Virus record (IMG/VR): IMGVR_UViG_3300021960_000059
Coordinates: 4,193-68,192 of that record
Length of the DNA: 64,000 nt
Direction: 5' to 3' (one strand)
DNA from: a virus
Of this stretch, positions 57,752 to 64,000 are shown piece by piece. Position 1 is the stretch's first letter. The number at the start of each line of letters is the position of its first letter. Position numbers and translations under genes: made by a program. Below the pieces are notes generated by a model. The model saw nothing but the letters and a program-made list of their open reading frames with translations. It ran no database searches and was not told the origin of the DNA.

Positions 57752-60700
57752 TTAGTCTCCGTAAATTAAGGACAGTCCAAGTGCTTCTGCACTTGACGCA
57801 CTGCCATTATAGAATAGTTTATTACTGCCTGTAATTGCAGAAGCATTTAGTGTAAATGATATGTAGTTATTTTTACTTGGACCCACAGGTTTTTTACCTA
57901 TAATGTCTGAACTAAACACTGCATTTGGGTTTGTTGATGTGATAGAGGAATCAGGAATCCACATGAAAAATACAGTGTCATCACCATCAGTTGTGTGAAC
58001 TGCTAATTGTCCGTCTAATGCCCACCTTATTGAACTTGGCCAATGGTCACTAACATCGTGAGTTCCACCTGCAGATATTGCATCAAATGATAATGAATTT
58101 GTAGTTGTTGAAGAATGAGATGACAAATCATAAGCAGTACCCAAAAAGTGCGTATCTAAATATTCACTAGACTTAGATTGATACAATGCTGTTCCATCAT
58201 CGTTAAACGAAATTCCATACAAATCACCACTTGTTGGTGTAAATGTATTTGTCGGTGTTGATCCTAACGATGTAATATCATATGCAGTAGATGCCGTGAA
58301 TTCGTAAATATTATTCAAATCGTTATCCGCAAAGAAAAACTTAGTGCCGTCTGGACTAACTTCAAGTCCAAGAATATTTGTAAATGTGACATTTGAATTT
58401 GTAGTTAAATCATAACTATCAATATCACCAGAGTCATATGTACTTAAATCATAAGCAGTAGAGCATTTAAATCGTTTCAAAATACCGTCTTTGGTTACCA
58501 AAATCAAACTAGAACCACTGTCTGTCCAACGAATATCTCCTTCATCACCGGGATCACCATATTGCGTATCGGCAACTACTGTTGATCCATTCATACCCCC
58601 TTCAAAATAATTTCCATAAGTGGGAGAAGAATTCGCAACATATTCAAGAAGTCCAGCACCTCGGTTCATGACGACTATACGAGTCGCAGTTGGATTAATT
58701 TCAATACCATAAGGTAAAGCCGGTACTGGATCGATTTCATCAGTTCCACCACTGTGTGGTTGCCCAACCATTGTATCAAAATTAGTGACATCATACCCAC
58801 CTGTTACAATAGACTCACCTTTAAAAGTAAAATTAAATGATCCGAAAGCAGGAATATTAGTAAACAGAATATTTGTATTTCCTGCATTAGAATTAGGAGA
58901 AATTGTAGCAGTAAAGTCAGTCCCAGTTGATAGATCAAAAGTCAAACTATTTGGTGAACCACTAGTAGCTGCCGATCCTGCACTAAAACCCGAACCACCA
59001 CCAGATGCTGATGATGAAATTGTTAATGTCTTAGTCGCATCGTTGGCATCAATAATCATATTGTTACCTGCGACAATATTTAGTTCAGTCCCAGTAGTCG
59101 TTGTTAGAAGTGTATTGCCGCCACTGACAGTAATCGCAGAGAAACTGTTCGCAGAGTCTAACTTAGTTGCAATGTATGCATTGGTATTTGCAAGTGCCGA
59201 CTGGAAAGTTGTATTAGAAATACCTGCTTGAGCACCTGTTGTTACACGAACTGCGACAACACTTGTATTTGCAGGAGGACTTCCAAATGTGACTGTATTT
59301 GATGATACTGTATAGTCTGTTGTGGGTCTTTGAATGACACCATCAACTGTTACAATCATATCCTTCGCTGCAACTACATCCGCAGTGTGACCAAAACTAG
59401 TTGCCGTTCCGTTCGCAGTAAATGTATCAATGTTTACTTCATAAGGTGATGCAACAGCTGTTGAGAAACTGGAGAGATCTAAAGTAAACGTAGAACTATC
59501 AGCACGTGTGAATGTTGCTGTGTTTCCTGATAATGTTGCAGATGTTGTGCTAGTGTTTGCGGCAGATGATCCGACGTTGTTTGCAACCTCAAGATACTTT
59601 GCAGTGTATGCAATAATATTTGCAGAAGGCCAGTAGTCTGCAAGTTCGGTTGCAACGTTTGCAACTTGCAAGTATGGTGTCAACGCACTAGATGTAATAA
59701 ACGATGTCGAATTTGCGACTTGCAAGTATTTCGGTGATGTGTCAGACAAGATAGACGCAACACTTCCCATGTAAGAATGATTCTGACATTGATAGTACAG
59801 AACTTGTGGTGTGTCCTCGTCAACTACAATCTCAGTGTAAGCACCTGCAGAACCCGCAGTACCACTGACAGTCACACCTGTTGTGTAAGCAGTGTTCTTA
59901 TCCGCATCTACGTAGAAGTCTAATGGATGACTTGAGTTCGTAGAATCAGATTGATCAAAACGATACGTCTGATTTGGTGCAAGAACAATCGATGGTGACT
60001 CTACACTATCTAAGAAGTATGCGGATGAACTTCCACCACTGTATGGGTGTGCAGAAGTTTTAGTATCTACAGTAACTGTATACTCGTGGTAGTTAGCAGG
60101 GTTCTTGATACTGATTGTATTTGCAGTAACGTAACCTACATCTGACAAATCAGAATATTGCAGTTGTCTAGTCGTTCCTACACCACTGGTATTACCAATG
60201 AAGACATTCAGATTTGATAGATTAGGAATGTCGTTCGAACGACCTGCACCTTGAATCAGAATTGTTCCTGCAGATGCATGCGATCTGAGAACTTGACCAA
60301 TCTTCTGAATCTTCGTGCTGTTTCCACTTGGACGACTCGCAGTTAGTTTACCTGCTGTTGTGTCGACATAAAGTTCTTGACCTTCAGTAAACACTCCAGT
60401 ATTTGCATTTTCATACACACCGTAAGATGCGATACGTATATTATTACCAGTCGTTGCGGTTTCAAGTGCAAGACCTAATGCGGGCATCTTTGCGGGATCG
60501 TCTGCATCAGCAGGTGCGACAAGTGGTCTTGAACCACCTCCACTGTAACCAGTTACATAGACAGGTGTTCCTGCGTCAATCGTTGAACCAGATTCGTTAC
60601 GTGCGTTAATGGTTGTTGCAGATGCTTGTCCGATTTGCACAAACGTTCCGTCTGCTTCACCATACTCCCAATATTCATTTGTCTCATTCCATCTAAAGTA

Positions 60701-63700
60701 TACATTTGCTTCAGATCCACGATTGACAATGAGTCCTGCGTTTTCAGTTGCGGCAGTTCCAGAACCTAAATCAGAGTTCAATAAAATGTATGTATTAGAA
60801 ACATTCATTTGCGTAGTGTTGACTTCTGTACGTGTTCCTGATACAGTGAGGTTTCCAGAAATAATAACGTTATCACTGAATGTAACTTGTCCACCAACAG
60901 ATTGTAATGCGGTACCGTCTTTACGCAAGAAACGAGTGTCTGCATTTGCGACTTGGATGCGATCAGAAATCAGTGTACGTAATGCAGTATTGGTTCCCGT
61001 CAGATTAGTATTGACTAGATCAATACGTGCTGACTCTGTTGCAATATATGAGTTCGTGTTTGCAAGATATGCTTCAACATTAGCAACTTGCATACGATCA
61101 TCAATCAAAGTTCTCAAAGCAGTGTTAGTTGCAAGTGCTACAGTGTCATCAGTTTTAGTTGCAATGTACGCATTTGTATTAGCAAGAGCAGATTGGAACA
61201 CAGTGTTGGTAGTAAATGTTGAAGTAACGTATGCGTTAGTTACTTCACCAACACCAGTAAGAACTACATCGAACTGAGATGCATCAGTACGAGTAAATGT
61301 GATCGTGTTATTACTTGATGAGAATGTGGCATTGTTTGCATATGGTGTCACATCTTGTGCAACTGCTTCTACCCATGAACTATTATATGCAACGTACAAT
61401 TCACCTGAAGCATTATCCCACCAAAGTTCGCCGTTAGCAGTGATTGCAGGGGCACTATTAGATACAGTAACTGATGTGCCTGTCGATGAGTTTGCGACTT
61501 CTAGGTACTTTGCAGTGTATGTAATGACGTTAGCACTAGGCCAGTAGTCTGCTAGAGTCGTGTTAAGGTTTGCGACTTGTACTCTGTCATCAATGAGAGT
61601 ACGTAATGCAGTATTAGTCGCAAGGACTGTTGTATCGTCAGTCTTGGTTGCGATATATGCGTTAGTATTAGCAAGAGCACTCTGGAATACGGTATTAGTC
61701 ACATATGCCGATGTTACATTAGCAACTTGCATACGATCTGAGATCAATGTGCGTAATGCAGTATTAGTCGCAAGTGCTACTGTATCATCTGTTTTGGTTG
61801 CAATGTATGCGTTAGTATTCGCAAGAGCACTTTGGAATGCAGTGTTAGGTGTAAATGTGCTAGTTAAATAACTATTAGATACATCTCCAGTTCCTAATCC
61901 TGAAAACCTAGCATTAGTGTTAGCAACGTAAGATTGAAACGCAGTGTTAGTGACATATGTTCCTGTGACATTTGCGACTTGTATGCGATCACTGATTAAT
62001 GTTCTGAGTGCAGTGTTAGTCGCAAGGACAGTGCTATCATCGGTCTTAGTTGCAATATATGCATTAGTGTTTCCGAGGTTGGTATCAGTCAGTGCAATAG
62101 AAACTGCATTTGAACTGAATGAACCAGAACCAGTGACATCACCAGTTAATGTGACTGTTGCAGTTGCACCAAGTTTTTGTCCAAGGTTGGTAGTGAGTGT
62201 TGTTGCAAAATTAGGGTCATCGCCCAGAGCAGCGGCAAGTTCATTAAGAGTGTCCAGTGTAACAGGTGCACTATTAACTAAAGCGGCAACTTCTGTGTCT
62301 ACATAAGATCTGATTGCGGTGTTAGTAGAAGTTAAAGATGACCATGTTGCATATTTCGCATCAGCATTTGCGACTTGCAATCTATCGTTGACTAGAACAT
62401 TGACGTTTGCAACTTGCATACGATCATCAATGAGAGTACGTAATGCAGTGTTAGTAGCAAGAACCACTGTGTCATCTGTTTTGGTTGCAATATATGCGTT
62501 GGTGTTTGCGAGTGCTGATTGGAATACCGTGTTAGTGACATATGTTGATGTAACATTAGCAACTTGCATTCTATCACTAATTAGTGTTCTCAGTGCGGTA
62601 TTGGTTGCTAATACCGTGGTATCGTCTGTCTTTGTTGCAATATATGCGTTGGTGTTTGCGAGTGCTGATTGGAATACCGTGTTAGTTGTAAATGTGGATG
62701 TCACATAAGCATTAGTGACTTCACCTACCCCCGTGAGAACTACATCAAACTGTGAACCATCTGTACGCACAAATGTGATCGTATTGTTAGACGAACTAAA
62801 TGTTCCGTTGTTTGCGTATGGTGTTACGTCTTGTGCGACTGCTTCAACCCAGTTGCTTGAGTAAGAAACATATAATTCACCTGAAGCATTATCCCACCAA
62901 AGTTCGCCGTTAGCAGTGATCGTAGGTGCTGAGTTAGAAACTGTGACTGATGTTCCTGTTGATGAGTTTGCAACCTCAAGATATTTTGCAGTGTATGTAA
63001 TGACATTAGCACTAGGCCAGTAGTCTGCAAGTGTTGTATTCAGATTGGCAACTTGAACTCTATCGTCGATCAATGTCCTTAAAGCTGTGTTAGTCGCAAG
63101 TGCAACGGTATCATCTGTCTTCGTTGCAATGAATGCATTAGTATTTGCTAAGTTAGAATTGACTAAAGTCCTGATTGCAGTATTGGTTCCAGTTAAATTG
63201 GTATTAACTAAATCAATTCTTGCATTTGTGTTACCAAGGTTCGTATCGGTCAGTGCAATCGATACTGCGTTTGAACTAAATGAACCTGAACCAGTGACAT
63301 CACCTGTTAAGGTGACTGTAGCAGTTGCACCAAGTTTCTGTCCAAGATTTGTTGTAATAGTAGTAGAGAAGTTTGCATCGTCACCAAGAGCAGCTGCAAG
63401 TTCGTTGAGTGTGTCAAGTGTTGTTGGTGCTGTATTAACAAGTGCGGCAATCTCTGTATCCACATATGAGATGACGTTTGCGACTTGCATCCGATCATCG
63501 ATCAGTAATGTTGCGTTAGCAACTTGGATACGATCATCAATGAGTGTTCTGAGTGCTGTATTGGTTGCTAGTACAGTGGTGTCGTCTGTCTTAGTTGCGA
63601 TATACGCATTGGTGTTTGCAAGATCACTTGCTTGCTTTGCTTCTTGGGTGTTTAAATCCCCTTCGACAGTTGTGATATACGCATTGGTGTTTGCAAGTGC

Positions 63701-64000
63701 TGACTGGAATGCGGTATTCGTAGTGAATGTAGATGTTAAATACGCATTGGTGACAAGTGTGCCACCTGCTTGTAGTGTATCAATACGAGAGTTAGTGTTG
63801 GCAACATACGATTGGAAGTCAGTGTTTGTTGTGAATGTAGATGTTAGATACGAGTTGGATACATCACCAGTTCCTAAAGAGGATGTGACGGTATCTACAT
63901 AGTTTTTGGTTGCGGCATCGTTTGCACTGACTGGATCATTGACAAAAGATATAGTATTATTGCCCGCGTCAAGACCGTGCTTGACACGAAATTTTTTCGT
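57752..64000 (-). CDS. Long repetitive tail fibre protein (start lies just beyond the window)
   Basis: The frame appears open upstream of 63490 in the segments checked, and reads TKKFRVKHGLDAG...DAATKNYVD at the window end; TLDTLNELAAALGDD, GELWWD, ANTN repeats. Confidence 0.85.
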   Translation of the reverse strand, partial: TKKFRVKHGLDAGNNTISFVNDPVSANDAATKNYVDTVTSSLGTGDVSNSYLTSTFTTNTDFQSYVANTNSRIDTLQAGGTLVTNAYLTSTFTTNTAFQSALANTNAYITTVEGDLNTQEAKQASDLANTNAYIATKTDDTTVLATNTALRTLIDDRIQVANATLLIDDRMQVANVISYVDTEIAALVNTAPTTLDTLNELAAALGDDANFSTTITTNLGQKLGATATVTLTGDVTGSGSFSSNAVSIALTDTNLGNTNARIDLVNTNLTGTNTAIRTLVNSNLANTNAFIATKTDDTVALATNTALRTLIDDRVQVANLNTTLADYWPSANVITYTAKYLEVANSSTGTSVTVSNSAPTITANGELWWDNASGELYVSYSSNWVEAVAQDVTPYANNGTFSSSNNTITFVRTDGSQFDVVLTGVGEVTNAYVTSTFTTNTVFQSALANTNAYIATKTDDTTVLATNTALRTLISDRMQVANVTSTYVTNTVFQSALANTNAYIATKTDDTVVLATNTALRTLIDDRMQVANVNVLVNDRLQVANADAKYATWSSLTSTNTAIRSYVDTEVAALVNSAPVTLDTLNELAAALGDDPNFATTLTTNLGQKLGATATVTLTGDVTGSGSFSSNAVSIALTDTNLGNTNAYIATKTDDSTVLATNTALRTLISDRIQVANVTGTYVTNTAFQSYVANTNARFSGLGTGDVSNSYLTSTFTPNTAFQSALANTNAYIATKTDDTVALATNTALRTLISDRMQVANVTSAYVTNTVFQSALANTNAYIATKTDDTTVLATNTALRTLIDDRVQVANLNTTLADYWPSANVITYTAKYLEVANSSTGTSVTVSNSAPAITANGELWWDNASGELYVAYNSSWVEAVAQDVTPYANNATFSSSNNTITFTRTDASQFDVVLTGVGEVTNAYVTSTFTTNTVFQSALANTNAYIATKTDDTVALATNTALRTLIDDRMQVANVEAYLANTNSYIATESARIDLVNTNLTGTNTALRTLISDRIQVANADTRFLRKDGTALQSVGGQVTFSDNVIISGNLTVSGTRTEVNTTQMNVSNTYILLNSDLGSGTAATENAGLIVNRGSEANVYFRWNETNEYWEYGEADGTFVQIGQASATTINARNESGSTIDAGTPVYVTGYSGGGSRPLVAPADADDPAKMPALGLALETATTGNNIRIASYGVYENANTGVFTEGQELYVDTTAGKLTASRPSGNSTKIQKIGQVLRSHASAGTILIQGAGRSNDIPNLSNLNVFIGNTSGVGTTRQLQYSDLSDVGYVTANTISIKNPANYHEYTVTVDTKTSAHPYSGGSSSAYFLDSVESPSIVLAPNQTYRFDQSDSTNSSHPLDFYVDADKNTAYTTGVTVSGTAGSAGAYTEIVVDEDTPQVLYYQCQNHSYMGSVASILSDTSPKYLQVANSTSFITSSALTPYLQVANVATELADYWPSANIIAYTAKYLEVANNVGSSAANTSTTSATLSGNTATFTRADSSTFTLDLSSFSTAVASPYEVNIDTFTANGTATSFGHTADVVAAKDMIVTVDGVIQRPTTDYTVSSNTVTFGSPPANTSVVAVRVTTGAQAGISNTTFQSALANTNAYIATKLDSANSFSAITVSGGNTLLTTTTGTELNIVAGNNMIIDANDATKTLTISSSASGGGSGFSAGSAATSGSPNSLTFDLSTGTDFTATISPNSNAGNTNILFTNIPAFGSFNFTFKGESIVTGGYDVTNFDTMVGQPHSGGTDEIDPVPALPYGIEINPTATRIVVMNRGAGLLEYVANSSPTYGNYFEGGMNGSTVVADTQYGDPGDEGDIRWTDSGSSLILVTKDGILKRFKCSTAYDLSTYDSGDIDSYDLTTNSNVTFTNILGLEVSPDGTKFFFADNDLNNIYEFTASTAYDITSLGSTPTNTFTPTSGDLYGISFNDDGTALYQSKSSEYLDTHFLGTAYDLSSHSSTTTNSLSFDAISAGGTHDVSDHWPSSIRWALDGQLAVHTTDGDDTVFFMWIPDSSITSTNPNAVFSSDIIGKKPVGPSKNNYISFTLNASAITGSNKLFYNGSASSAEALGLSLIYGD
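60950..63900 (-). repeat. Intragenic tandem and segmental repeats in the tail fibre
   Basis: Recurrent ALANTNAYIATKTDD..LATNTALRTLI.DR.QVAN units; duplicated blocks about 61170-61620/62670-63120 and about 62070-62300/63230-63460. Confidence 0.9.

Noticed and set aside
60950-63900. CRISPR array or DGR template/variable repeat
   Set aside because: The repeats are in-frame coding units with synonymous, not adenine-specific, differences; there are no unique spacers and no reverse transcriptase in the window.

Overview
This is a 64 kb segment of a T4-like (Tevenvirinae/Kyanoviridae-like) myophage, probably marine. Essentially all genes lie on the minus strand. Read right to left: a tail-fibre/adhesin region; the neck-tail-terminase-portal-prohead-capsid module (gp13-gp23, gp3); recombination and late-transcription genes (uvsY, uvsW, gp55, gp47, gp46); an early/accessory block (Dam, N4/N6 MTase, CobT/CobS-like); replication genes (gp45, gp44, gp62, regA, split gp43, uvsX, gp41); a restriction-modification-like cassette with a split methyltransferase; a tRNA cluster with two structured ncRNA candidates; and a late cluster of apparently capsid-packaged proteins. 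No photosynthesis genes occur in the window. Sigma70 promoters with upstream IHF-consensus sites point to a proteobacterial host (inference). The most striking signal is at 1-7975: two large 'beads-on-a-string' polyproteins made of small basic domains separated by recurring acidic (V/L)ELxE linkers that match the gp21 prohead-protease cleavage motif. One bead looks like ribosome modulation factor. Next to them are ligase-like and nuclease-like proteins with T4-type capsid-targeting N-termini. All family assignments come from motif recognition by eye; no searches were run.
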